Assembly: GCA_013359225.1 (NCBI GenBank)
Contig: JABWCG010000004.1
Location: 1,550 to 65,549, forward strand
Direction: 5' to 3'
DNA: 64,000 nt
Origin: Candidatus Buchananbacteria bacterium
GTDB taxonomy: Bacteria > Patescibacteriota > Patescibacteriia > Buchananbacterales > UBA6539
In this document: positions 48,808 through 57,949 of the stretch, piece by piece
Layout of the letters: each line of letters begins with the position of its first letter
How positions within the stretch are numbered: the first letter of the stretch is position 1
Made by a program: the position numbers and the translations under genes
Notes under the pieces: model-generated
What the model was told of the DNA's origin: nothing
The model's input: the letters and a program-made list of their open reading frames with translations, nothing else
Database searches by the model: none

Positions 48808-50214
48808 ATGTCAAAAACCTCAGTTGATTACTATTTATTAGAACAGGAGCGCTTGGCCGAATATCGGCGCACCCAGCCGGAGCTGGTAACGCCCAGGCGT
48901 AAACACACCTATGAAGAAATTTTAAAACACATTGGTATTGAGTTTGATTTTGGTTATTTACCCCAAGGTTATTTGAACTTATACCCCCAAGATTTTATTG
49001 TGGAAGAGCTCGATTTGGCCGGCGGTGTTAGTACTATTGAACCAAATCAACAGGAAACCGTTCCGGCTAAGCCGTCCGGGAGGTCGACGCTTTATGCCGA
49101 CTTGGTGAAAGTCGGCTTTTCTAGTATTGAGGCGGTTCAGACGCTCGCCGCCGGCCTTGGTGTTGACGTCAAAGAAATTGGCTATGCTGGAATTAAAGAC
49201 AAGGTAGCGATTACGAGCCAAAGAATCTCGATACGAAATTTTGAGATTGAAAAATTAAAGCAGTTCCATGGAGAGGGGGTTTTTCTTAAGAACTACACTT
49301 GGGGTAAGGGTGTTGTTGGGCGTGGCGCTATTTCGGGAAATCGTTTTACGATTACCGTGCGAACGCCGGTGACGCTGGGTCAGGGATGGCTAGACACATC
49401 CCTTAAAAAGTTAGAAAACGGCTTTTATAATTTTTATTTTTTGCAGCGGTTTGGCTCCCCTCGCCTACTAAGTCACGCTTTAGGCCGAATCATTCTACAA
49501 CAAGATTATGAACAGGCCGTTAGAGTGTTTTTGTCGGATCAAGGAGTGCAAGATGTTGGGCTACTTAATCGCGTTCGCGAACAGGCCGCGCGCGATTTTG
49601 GCAAATGGGCAGAACTGGAACAGGCGTTTTCGCTACTCCCCTACACTTTTCGGTTAGAACTTGCGTTGGTACGATATCTTAAAAATCATCCCGCCGACTT
49701 TCGGGGGGCGTTAAAACAAATTGACGACCAAGTAACACTTTGGGTGTATGCGTATGCAAGCTATTTGTTTAATAAACACCTGTCCAGTTTGATTGCGCGA
49801 GCCGAAAATTTGCCGGCTGAGCTGCCCTTGTTGTTAAACCCCGCTTATAAAACGGTTGATACGTATGTTGCAAACCTTGAACGTGACGGCATTACTGACT
49901 TGGGAAAAAGCGTGATTAAAATTTTTGGTCATAATGTGTTGCAATCTAAAAATAGTACTGCCACAGTTCATCCCGCCAAGATCAATGTGGTTAAGATTAT
50001 TGAGGGTGCGGTAGTGATTAATTTTGATTTGCCGAAAGCGGCTTACGCCACAACATTTTTAACCCATATGTTTTCGCTTTTTCGGGGCCTGCCCTTGCCG
50101 GAATGGCTGAATAAAGAAAAGGTGGATGGTAAAAAAATTCTGGGTCTTGGCTCGGTTGAGGATTGTGAGCAAGTTTTGGGGGACTATATTTTTACACCTC
50201 ATCTAGAAGAGTAA
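48808..50214 (+). CDS. truD: tRNA pseudouridine(13) synthase TruD-like
   Basis: GYAGIKDKVAITSQRIS (GxKD) catalytic motif; 468 aa. Confidence 0.55.
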   Translation: MSKTSVDYYLLEQERLAEYRRTQPELVTPRRKHTYEEILKHIGIEFDFGYLPQGYLNLYPQDFIVEELDLAGGVSTIEPNQQETVPAKPSGRSTLYADLVKVGFSSIEAVQTLAAGLGVDVKEIGYAGIKDKVAITSQRISIRNFEIEKLKQFHGEGVFLKNYTWGKGVVGRGAISGNRFTITVRTPVTLGQGWLDTSLKKLENGFYNFYFLQRFGSPRLLSHALGRIILQQDYEQAVRVFLSDQGVQDVGLLNRVREQAARDFGKWAELEQAFSLLPYTFRLELALVRYLKNHPADFRGALKQIDDQVTLWVYAYASYLFNKHLSSLIARAENLPAELPLLLNPAYKTVDTYVANLERDGITDLGKSVIKIFGHNVLQSKNSTATVHPAKINVVKIIEGAVVINFDLPKAAYATTFLTHMFSLFRGLPLPEWLNKEKVDGKKILGLGSVEDCEQVLGDYIFTPHLEE

Positions 50215-50225
50215 AATTATTGAAA

Positions 50226-50276
50226 CAAAAGGAAAGAGGCTCGACACAGACTGTTAGGTCTTGGTCGAGCCTCTTG
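50226..50276. terminator. bidirectional terminator (11-bp GC-rich stem agaggctcgac/gtcgagcctct)
   Basis: Perfect inverted repeat between convergent truD and the GC-rich gene; U-run on the minus-strand side. Confidence 0.55.
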
Positions 50277-50297
50277 TTGTGCGTGCAGGTTGGACCG

Positions 50298-50918
50298 CTA
50301 CTCGTCGACTTCGTCGACGTGAGCGGTCACGGGGACTGCGCACAGTTCGTGGTTACGCACCACGAGAGCGTTTTCGGGGTCGCGATACTTGCCGGCTCCG
50401 TCATCCCACTGGCGTCCGACGAGGTTGATTGTCGCCGTCTTGTCCGGATTGCTCCAGACATGGGCATACTGCCAGGTGGTGTTGGCGAGTTCGCGCAGGG
50501 CGCGGGTGGTTCCTTCCGGCAGGTCGGCCGACGTCGTCGCTTCGCGGTCAAACGTGAGGCACACCATGTGCTTGGGTTTGTGGCCGCGCTGCGCCGGGGG
50601 TTTGGTGAAGTAGTGGGCGTCGGTGAGACGATACCCGTTATTCACCAGTCCGCGCCGGATCATCGCCGTCTGGACCATGCCCAGGTTCTGGATCACCGGC
50701 GTGCCGGTGTCCACCCTGCCTTCGCGGTGGCGTCCGATTTGGGCCTCTTCCGTTTGCCCAGACTGGACCGCCGAAACCATGTGAGTGGCATCTACCACGT
50801 GGTCGGCTTCCCGCTTCTTTACGGGGATTCCGTTCGGGATATGTTTGTCGTTGGTGAACGCGAATTTCACGATCACTCGCGACGGACCGTTCCCATTCAA
50901 ACTCAAACATTGCTGCAT
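50298..50918 (-). CDS. hypothetical protein, GC-rich (about 62% GC) foreign-looking cassette
   Basis: Start trimmed to ATG (MQQCLSL) with GAGGAG RBS at 8 nt; own terminator; no family recognised; overlapping both-strand ORFs are a GC-rich artefact. Confidence 0.45.
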   Translation of the reverse strand: MQQCLSLNGNGPSRVIVKFAFTNDKHIPNGIPVKKREADHVVDATHMVSAVQSGQTEEAQIGRHREGRVDTGTPVIQNLGMVQTAMIRRGLVNNGYRLTDAHYFTKPPAQRGHKPKHMVCLTFDREATTSADLPEGTTRALRELANTTWQYAHVWSNPDKTATINLVGRQWDDGAGKYRDPENALVVRNHELCAVPVTAHVDEVDE

Positions 50919-51095
50919 GGCCGTTTCTCCTCTATTGTTGGCCCTATAAACCCGTTGTTTATCGCCCCATTCCCGTGAAAAGAGCAATAAATTATCATAG
51001 CATATTTGGCTTAAAAAGTCAATATATTAAACAAAAAATGGCCTTATTCAGGCCATTTTTGATAATCTTAGTTTAAATTTAGCTCAGTTTAGTAA

Positions 51096-53825
51096 TTAAT
51101 CAAAACTGGCAAGCTCGCCCCAGTTCTCCCCGGCTTTCAGGTGGGTTTCCACTGGTGCGCGGAGCTTATAAATTCCTTCCATGGCAGTTTTAACAAACAC
51201 TGCTACTTGTTTAAGGTCAGCCTCGGGTACCTCAAAGACTAATTCGTCGTGGACTTGTAAAAGCATGCGGGCATCAGGACAGATGTTAGGCAGACCCTGA
51301 TGGATCTCAATCATCGCGAGTTTCATTAAGTCGGCGGCGGTGCCTTGGATAGGGTGATTAATTGCCGCGCGTTCGGCAGCGGCACGAATTTGTTGGATGT
51401 TGGAGTTAATTTCCGGAAAATACCGACGGCGGCCAAACCAGGTTTCAACGTATCCTTTGTCAGACGCAAGTTCTTTGGTTTTGTCTAAGAAATCTTTAAT
51501 GGAGTGGTGAATTTCAAAATAGCGGTCAATAAAATCCATAGCGCGTTGACGACTAATACCGGTGCCGGCGGCTAGACCCCACGCTCCCTGGCCATAAATA
51601 ATACCAAAGTTAACGGCTTTGGCGGCGTAGCGCATTTCTTTAGTAACTTTTTCCAGCGGCACCTCGTTGATTTCGGCAGCGGTGCGAGCGTGAATGTCCT
51701 CTCCCTTTTTGAATGAAGCAATCATTTTTTCATCATTAGCGAGTGACGCGATAATACGTAGTTCAATTTGGGAATAGTCAGCCGACAACAGTCGGTAGCC
51801 CTTAGGCGCCACAAAGGCTTTACGAATTTGATTGCCTAGTTCGGTGCGAATGGGAATGTTTTGGAGGTTTGGTTCGGACGAACTCAAGCGACCGGTAGCC
51901 GCTACCGTTTGATTAAAACTGGTATGTAGTCGAGCGGAATTATCAACTAGTTTAGGTAAGGCATCAAGATAGGTTGATTTTAATTTAGTCAGCTCGCGAT
52001 ATTTAATAATATGATCAATAATTTTGTGAGACCCCTGGAGTTTTTCGAGTTCAGCCGCGGCGGTTGAAACACCAGTCTTGGTATGAGCCAGGCCTTGCGT
52101 TGAAATATTTAATTTCTCAAATAAAATTTCTTTCAGCTGCAAGGGTGAAGCAATGTTAAACGTTGTGCCGGCCAGTTTGTAAATTGTGTCTTCAAGCGTT
52201 TTAATGTCTTTGGTCACCGCTTTGCTCATTTGATTTAGAAACTTAGTATCAAGTAATACGCCATTTTTTTCCATATTGGCTAACACCGGCACCAAGGGCA
52301 TTTCAATTTTTTCAAACAAGCCGAGATTATTTTTAGTTTCTAATTCCACGCGCAGTGGTTCAACCAGCCGCCAAGTAAAATCGGCGTCTTCACAAGCATA
52401 GTCAGATACTTGATCAAGCGGCACGTCTTTAAGGGTAATCTGTCCCTTGCCCTTGCCAATTAGGTCGGTAATCGGCTGCATTTGATAGCCTAATTCCGTA
52501 AACACCAGTCCGTCTAAATTGTGTTGACGACTGCCGGGGTTAACAAGATAGGAGGCAATCATGGTGTCAAAGTGGACACCCCTAACATTAATGCCGGCGT
52601 GATCCAGGCTTTCTAAGTCAAACTTGATATTGTGTCCGGCTTTTTTGATGGTAGCGTCTTCAAGAATCGGTTTGATTTGGTTCAGCCATTCAGGTTTAGC
52701 AACCAGATAATAGGCTTTGCCGGCTTGCCAAGCGACACTAATACCAAGTAGTTCGCTTTGAAACGGGTCAAGGCCGGAAGTTTCAGTGTCCAGCGCAAAT
52801 ATTTTTTGGGCAGTAAGTTCTTTAAAGAATTTTTTAAAGTCGATGTCGGTGTTGACTAAGCGATAATCGAATTTTTTTGATTTGGTTTTAGCCGACGATT
52901 CAAACCTAAAGCTGTCTTGGCCCTTGGGTGTGCCTTTGGCTAACTCTTTTGGTAGTTTGGCAATTAGTGATTTAAATTCCAGTTCCTGAAATATGTCTAA
53001 TACCCGGTTGATATCGTAACCTTCAACTTTGGAATCGGTAAGCGAAAAGTTAATCGGTACGGTATCGACCAACTGAGACAATTCTTTTGACATGAAGGCT
53101 TCTTTTTTTTGTTCAGATAACAGCTTACGGTAGCGTTCGGTAATTTTTGGTGAGCCCAAATTATTATAGAGGTTTTCTAATGTCTTAAATTGTTGTAGCA
53201 AGCTGATCGCGCCTTTTTCGCCGATGCCGCGAACACCCGGAATATTGTCGGATGGGTCACCGCGCAATGCTTTATAATCAACGATTTGTTCCGGGGTGAG
53301 GCCATCAAAGCGTCGACGGACTTCATCGGGCGTGTAAATCAAGGTATCAGAAATGCCTTTATGCATGGTTAAAACTTCCGTGTTATCATCAACAAGCTGC
53401 AGCGTGTCCATGTCACCGGTAACAATAACGGATTTAATTTTTTCAACGTCAGGGTGGCGCGTCAGGGTGGCAATCACGTCGTCGGCCTCAAACCCTTCCT
53501 GCTCATAGATTGGGATATTAAAAGCCCGAACTATTTCTTTAATCCGGGGGAACTGTTGATAGAGCTCATCAACCTGCTTGGTGCGGGTAGCTTTGTACTC
53601 GGTGTATTGTTTATGGCGAAATGTCGGCGCGGCCAAATCAAAAGTAACAGCCAGGTAATCTGGTTTAAGATCTTTTAGGACTTTTAACAGCGTCATGGTA
53701 AAGCCGTAAACCGCGTTAACAATCTCGCCGTTTTTAGTAGTCATGGTCGGCGGCAGAGCGTGAAAGGCGCGGTGGACTAGGGCGTTACCGTCAATGATGA
53801 CGAATTTTTCTTGTTTTTTAGCCAT
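51096..53825 (-). CDS. polA: DNA polymerase I (5'-3' exonuclease, 3'-5' exonuclease-like and polymerase domains)
   Basis: 5'-nuclease N-terminus (VIIDGNALVHRAFHALP), polymerase motifs A/B/C (DYSQIELR, RYAAKAVNFGIIYG, VHDELVFE); start set to MAKKQE. Confidence 0.9.
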   Translation of the reverse strand: MAKKQEKFVIIDGNALVHRAFHALPPTMTTKNGEIVNAVYGFTMTLLKVLKDLKPDYLAVTFDLAAPTFRHKQYTEYKATRTKQVDELYQQFPRIKEIVRAFNIPIYEQEGFEADDVIATLTRHPDVEKIKSVIVTGDMDTLQLVDDNTEVLTMHKGISDTLIYTPDEVRRRFDGLTPEQIVDYKALRGDPSDNIPGVRGIGEKGAISLLQQFKTLENLYNNLGSPKITERYRKLLSEQKKEAFMSKELSQLVDTVPINFSLTDSKVEGYDINRVLDIFQELEFKSLIAKLPKELAKGTPKGQDSFRFESSAKTKSKKFDYRLVNTDIDFKKFFKELTAQKIFALDTETSGLDPFQSELLGISVAWQAGKAYYLVAKPEWLNQIKPILEDATIKKAGHNIKFDLESLDHAGINVRGVHFDTMIASYLVNPGSRQHNLDGLVFTELGYQMQPITDLIGKGKGQITLKDVPLDQVSDYACEDADFTWRLVEPLRVELETKNNLGLFEKIEMPLVPVLANMEKNGVLLDTKFLNQMSKAVTKDIKTLEDTIYKLAGTTFNIASPLQLKEILFEKLNISTQGLAHTKTGVSTAAAELEKLQGSHKIIDHIIKYRELTKLKSTYLDALPKLVDNSARLHTSFNQTVAATGRLSSSEPNLQNIPIRTELGNQIRKAFVAPKGYRLLSADYSQIELRIIASLANDEKMIASFKKGEDIHARTAAEINEVPLEKVTKEMRYAAKAVNFGIIYGQGAWGLAAGTGISRQRAMDFIDRYFEIHHSIKDFLDKTKELASDKGYVETWFGRRRYFPEINSNIQQIRAAAERAAINHPIQGTAADLMKLAMIEIHQGLPNICPDARMLLQVHDELVFEVPEADLKQVAVFVKTAMEGIYKLRAPVETHLKAGENWGELASFD

Positions 53826-53908
53826 AGAAGCATTATAACATCTTTGTTTTAGATAAAGAAAAAGCGCACCAATATTTCTAATAGGTGCGCGTGACAATAA
53901 AGATCGGA

Positions 53909-54325
53909 TTAGCTTTGCGCCAAAATTGTGGCGCGGCGGTCTGGGTGTTGTCCGCTGACAAAACCCTTGCCGTCGGCGGCCAGGAGTAGGCCTCTCACGA
54001 ATACCGGTTGGGTAAAAACGTTGTTGGCGCCAGCGGCAATGCAGCGTTCGGCTAATTGCCTGTAGAGTTCCTCGGTTGCCGTCAGGGCGACAACCGTTTC
54101 AGCCGTTCGCAATTTTCGCGTCCGGCTGATTAGTTCCACGTCGTCGGCGTTTTCTAACCGGATAATCAACGGCTTGAGGCCGTGTTGAGCTGTCCAGTCG
54201 GCCAAGTGATCAACATCCGAAAAGACTTGAACGCGGATGTTAAAATCGCTGATTTGGACTGCCAGGGCGTGCAAGGCATCATTGAGGTTACCTAGCAGGC
54301 AAATCGTTTGATGGTTAGTAACCAA
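53909..54325 (-). CDS. hypothetical protein (GC-rich), TTG start
   Basis: 138 aa; composition matches adjacent dapA block. Confidence 0.25.
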   Translation of the reverse strand: MVTNHQTICLLGNLNDALHALAVQISDFNIRVQVFSDVDHLADWTAQHGLKPLIIRLENADDVELISRTRKLRTAETVVALTATEELYRQLAERCIAAGANNVFTQPVFVRGLLLAADGKGFVSGQHPDRRATILAQS

Positions 54326-54337
54326 TCAGTTACTCCT

Positions 54338-55396
54338 TTAGCCAAGCTGTTGTCGGACATTGATTCCGTAAAACGCTTCCAACCGGGAAAACGTTTCCGG
54401 GGCGTTATGATGAACTTCATCCAAAGCTTGCCGGCAGGCAGCCTCGGCTGAATCATCAACCGGTCCAAGCGGCGGCCGCATGGTACCGGTATCAAGACCA
54501 AGGATGCGCATCATGGTTTTGATGGCGCAGGGGTTGGGCCACTTGTCGGTGACGTGGCTTTGGGGATCGTGGTTAGTTCGCGGTCCGGCTGAACTGACGC
54601 CAACTTTACCAAACAGCGGGTTGAGTTGTTGGTTAAGTTGGCGGCCAAGCGCACAGTTGCGACGAAGAATGGCCTTAACCATCCGGTCAATCGGGTTTGG
54701 GATGATGTTACTCATCACCGAAATCACACCGTCGCCGGCAATGCCGTCGGCAATCATCATGTCAGCAGTGATGGCGTCATCGCCGCTGAAAATCTTGAAA
54801 TGCTCAAGGATCCCAATTTCGTTTTGGACCAAGAAGCGCGTCCGGCGCATGTTTTCAAGATCGCCTGTTGCCTCTTTGACCGCACGAACGTTGGGGCACT
54901 CTTGCGCCAAGATCGCCAGGTCAAGCGGCTCAAGCTTGCAGCAGGTGCGTCCCGGGATGATGTAGGGCACGACCAGACATTTGGGGTTGGCGTGGTAGAC
55001 GGCTCGCGCAATCGGTTGGTGGTAGTGTTGGCGCAATTGAGCCGAAGCTGGCTTGTTGTAATAAGGCTCAACCAGCAAAACCCCGTCCGCGCCATCTTCG
55101 GCCGCCTCAATGGAGGCTTTGAGGGCTTCGGCGGTGTTATTGCTGCCAGTGCCGGCCAGAACAAAGACTCGACCCTTGGTCCAAGAGATCACGCGCCTGA
55201 TTAGGCGGTAGTGTTCTTCCCAGGTTAGGGTTGGGCTTTCGCCGGTGGTGCCGCAAGGCAGTACGCCAGCCACGCCTTGGCTGATTTGAAATTCCAGGTT
55301 GCGCTGCAGGCGCTCCCAATCAATTTCGCCGTTTTCGGTGAACGGCGTCACCAGGGCGGTGGTTACGCCCACCAGTCGCGACTGTGGTTTTTCCAT
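54338..55396 (-). CDS. dapA: 4-hydroxy-tetrahydrodipicolinate synthase (DapA/NAL aldolase family) with roughly 50-aa C-terminal extension
   Basis: GTTGES, AGTGSNNT, EPYYNKP, Schiff-base Lys in VKEATGD, SGDD, GVISV motifs collinear with E. coli DapA; about 56% GC. Confidence 0.65.
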   Translation of the reverse strand: MEKPQSRLVGVTTALVTPFTENGEIDWERLQRNLEFQISQGVAGVLPCGTTGESPTLTWEEHYRLIRRVISWTKGRVFVLAGTGSNNTAEALKASIEAAEDGADGVLLVEPYYNKPASAQLRQHYHQPIARAVYHANPKCLVVPYIIPGRTCCKLEPLDLAILAQECPNVRAVKEATGDLENMRRTRFLVQNEIGILEHFKIFSGDDAITADMMIADGIAGDGVISVMSNIIPNPIDRMVKAILRRNCALGRQLNQQLNPLFGKVGVSSAGPRTNHDPQSHVTDKWPNPCAIKTMMRILGLDTGTMRPPLGPVDDSAEAACRQALDEVHHNAPETFSRLEAFYGINVRQQLG

Positions 55397-55526
55397 GACT
55401 TAACCTCTGGTTGTGTTTGGCCAAATTTTACAGGGCAAAAACTTGAAGCAGAAAAAAACTACTTCTGCTAAACATAGTAAAAATGTTGTTTTTTGTCAAT
55501 TATTTTGGTAAAATAATTCTAAGTTT

Positions 55527-57896
55527 ATGTATCTTCATAAGATTGAAATTCAGGGCTTCAAGTCATTTGCCCAAAAAACCGTCATCGAATTTCCACGACC
55601 CGGCTCCGGGTCTCCTTTAATTAAAAACGGTTTGACTCATAAAAATGAACCGCAACTCCCCCAAGGGGTTTGTGGGATTGCTTGTATTGTGGGCCCAAAT
55701 GGTTCGGGTAAGTCTAATATTGTGGACGCCATCCGTTGGGTACTAGGTGAACAAAGCCTGAAAAGTTTACGGGGCAAAAAGTCACAGGATGTTATTTTTG
55801 CTGGTTCAGAGCAAAAGAATAAATTGAGCTTAGCCCAAGTATCGTTGCACGTTAATAATGAAGACGGCGCGATGCCGGTTGATTATCAAGAAGTCGTGGT
55901 GTCACGAAAGATTTTTCGAAATGGCGAAAGTGAATATCGAATTAACAACAGTAAGGTTCGGTTACAAGATGTTTTATTGTTACTTGCCCGGGCCAATTTT
56001 GGGCAAAAGAGCTATAGTATTGTATCGCAGGGTTCCATTGATCAAGTAATCATGGCTAGCCCCAATGAACGCAAAGATTATTTTGATGAAGCGGTCGGCG
56101 TTAAACAGTTTCAGCTTAAGCGTGATCAGTCGTTAAATAAATTGGAGAATGCCTGGAATAATTTACGCCAGGTGGACGCCCTCTTAACTGAAATTACTCC
56201 CCGCCTTAACTCTTTGACGCGTCAGGTCAAGCGGTTGGAGCGCCGGGAAAAAATTGAACATGAATTGCGCGAGATGCAGCAGCAGTATTATGGTTGGATG
56301 CATACGAATCTGGAAAATCAGATCAACGAGTTAAAACCAAAATTACAAACAATTGAACAAGGTCTTAAGAATAAAGAATCAGAACTACGAGAATTACAGC
56401 AGCAGTTGCGTACTTTAGAAAAGCAAGAATCGCGCACTAGCGTTTTTAGCGAACTGCAGCAGAAGTATCAGCAAGCGTTGGAGCAAAAGAACAAGCTTCG
56501 CGAAGAACAGTTGATGCTGCAAAATAAAATTGAAATTGCCAAAAATCGCATTGTTGATAAAGCCGTGGCTATGCCAACCTCCGAAATTATTAGCCGACTA
56601 AAAGAAATTGAAAAGTTGCAGGAAAGTATCGCGACTAATGTGGCGTCAGCCGAGCCGGCCGCCATGGCCCAGGCGCGCGAAGATATCCGAGAGTTGGCTC
56701 GGTTGATTAAAGAATTGGTTAGTCAGCTGGAAAATCCACGCAGCAAAGAGCAGACCAAGGCCGAAGTTGATCCGCAGCTACTTGAAGATTTGCGGGATGT
56801 TGAGAAAGATTTGCAGGCAATTGAGTCCCGAGTGGGTGCCGCACAAAAAGATATTGAGAATTTTAATCAGCAAGAAGAAAAACAGAAAGGGAAATTCTTT
56901 GATCTGCAGCGGCAGATTACCAAATATCAAGACGAATATAACCGCTTTAGCAATGAGGTGTCAGGTCTACGGGTGGAAATGGCTCGGCTAGAAACCAGGC
57001 AGCAAGACCTGCGCTCAGAAATCAAGGAAGAAATGCACGGACTTGATTGGCTAAAAGAATATACTGCTCGTCGGATTGATGAAGCTGAATTGCGGTCGGA
57101 GATGCTTAAACTAAAACGCCAGCTGGAGTTGATTGGCGGCGTGGACCCCGAGACCGTAAAAGAATACGAAGAGACAAAGGAGCGGTTTGATTTTCTAAAT
57201 ACCCAGGCGGAAGATTTGCGTTCGTCCATTAATAGTTTGGAGCAAGTGATTAACGATTTGGATGATAAAATCCAGATTCAGTTTGACCATGCATTCAAGA
57301 GTATTAATCGAGAATTCACTCACTTTTTTAATATACTGTTTGGTGGCGGTAAGGCGGAACTGGTTTTGATTAAGGAAGATGAGGCCGAAAAAGAAAAAAC
57401 CAAGACAGCCGCTTCGGTCGCCGAGAGTGAAAATAGCGAAGATGGTGGTCAGCCAGTTAGCATTTTACAAACTTTAACTGAAGCGGAAGAAAACTTAAGC
57501 CCAAAACGATTTTTGAAGAAGAAGACCGGTAAAGTTATTACCGGCATTGATATTGTTGCCACTCCTCCCGGTAAAAAAGTTTCCTCAATCAATATGCTGT
57601 CTGGCGGCGAGCGCTCGCTTGCCTCAATTGCTTTAATTTGCGCAGTGATTGCCAACAATCCTTCACCGTTTGTAATTTTAGACGAAGTTGACGCGGCATT
57701 AGACGAAGCTAACTCTCAGCGTTTTGCTAAAATTATTTCTGAACTTGAGCATAAGACTCAATTTATCGTGATTACTCACAACCGTGCGACCATGCATCAG
57801 GCCGATATTTTGTATGGTGTGACTATGGGCGAGGATGGCATTTCCAAACTAATCAGCTTGAAACTGGAACAGGCCGAAAAGATTGTTCGACAATAA
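55527..57896 (+). CDS. SMC-family chromosome-segregation ATPase (short, 789 aa)
   Basis: N-terminal MYLHKIEIQGFKSF plus Walker A GPNGSGKSN, long coiled-coil, C-terminal LSGGERSLASIAL signature and Walker B ILDEVDAALD. Confidence 0.7.
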   Translation: MYLHKIEIQGFKSFAQKTVIEFPRPGSGSPLIKNGLTHKNEPQLPQGVCGIACIVGPNGSGKSNIVDAIRWVLGEQSLKSLRGKKSQDVIFAGSEQKNKLSLAQVSLHVNNEDGAMPVDYQEVVVSRKIFRNGESEYRINNSKVRLQDVLLLLARANFGQKSYSIVSQGSIDQVIMASPNERKDYFDEAVGVKQFQLKRDQSLNKLENAWNNLRQVDALLTEITPRLNSLTRQVKRLERREKIEHELREMQQQYYGWMHTNLENQINELKPKLQTIEQGLKNKESELRELQQQLRTLEKQESRTSVFSELQQKYQQALEQKNKLREEQLMLQNKIEIAKNRIVDKAVAMPTSEIISRLKEIEKLQESIATNVASAEPAAMAQAREDIRELARLIKELVSQLENPRSKEQTKAEVDPQLLEDLRDVEKDLQAIESRVGAAQKDIENFNQQEEKQKGKFFDLQRQITKYQDEYNRFSNEVSGLRVEMARLETRQQDLRSEIKEEMHGLDWLKEYTARRIDEAELRSEMLKLKRQLELIGGVDPETVKEYEETKERFDFLNTQAEDLRSSINSLEQVINDLDDKIQIQFDHAFKSINREFTHFFNILFGGGKAELVLIKEDEAEKEKTKTAASVAESENSEDGGQPVSILQTLTEAEENLSPKRFLKKKTGKVITGIDIVATPPGKKVSSINMLSGGERSLASIALICAVIANNPSPFVILDEVDAALDEANSQRFAKIISELEHKTQFIVITHNRATMHQADILYGVTMGEDGISKLISLKLEQAEKIVRQ

Positions 57897-57949
57897 GCGT
57901 TTTAGCATAACCAGTGATCCGTCGCGATGGCTGGTTCATTTTTTTAAAA

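Noticed and set aside
50327-50910. Multiple overlapping ORFs on both strands (50327..50551, 50389..50613, 50638..50910)
   Set aside because: Typical stop-codon-poor artefact of a 62% GC segment. Only the 50298..50918 frame has an RBS and a terminator.
54292-55471. Overlapping ORFs on both strands inside and around dapA (54480..54965, 54626..55204, 54757..55164, 55137..55319, 55277..55471, 54292..54501)
   Set aside because: GC-rich artefacts. The dapA frame is the only one with collinear conserved motifs.
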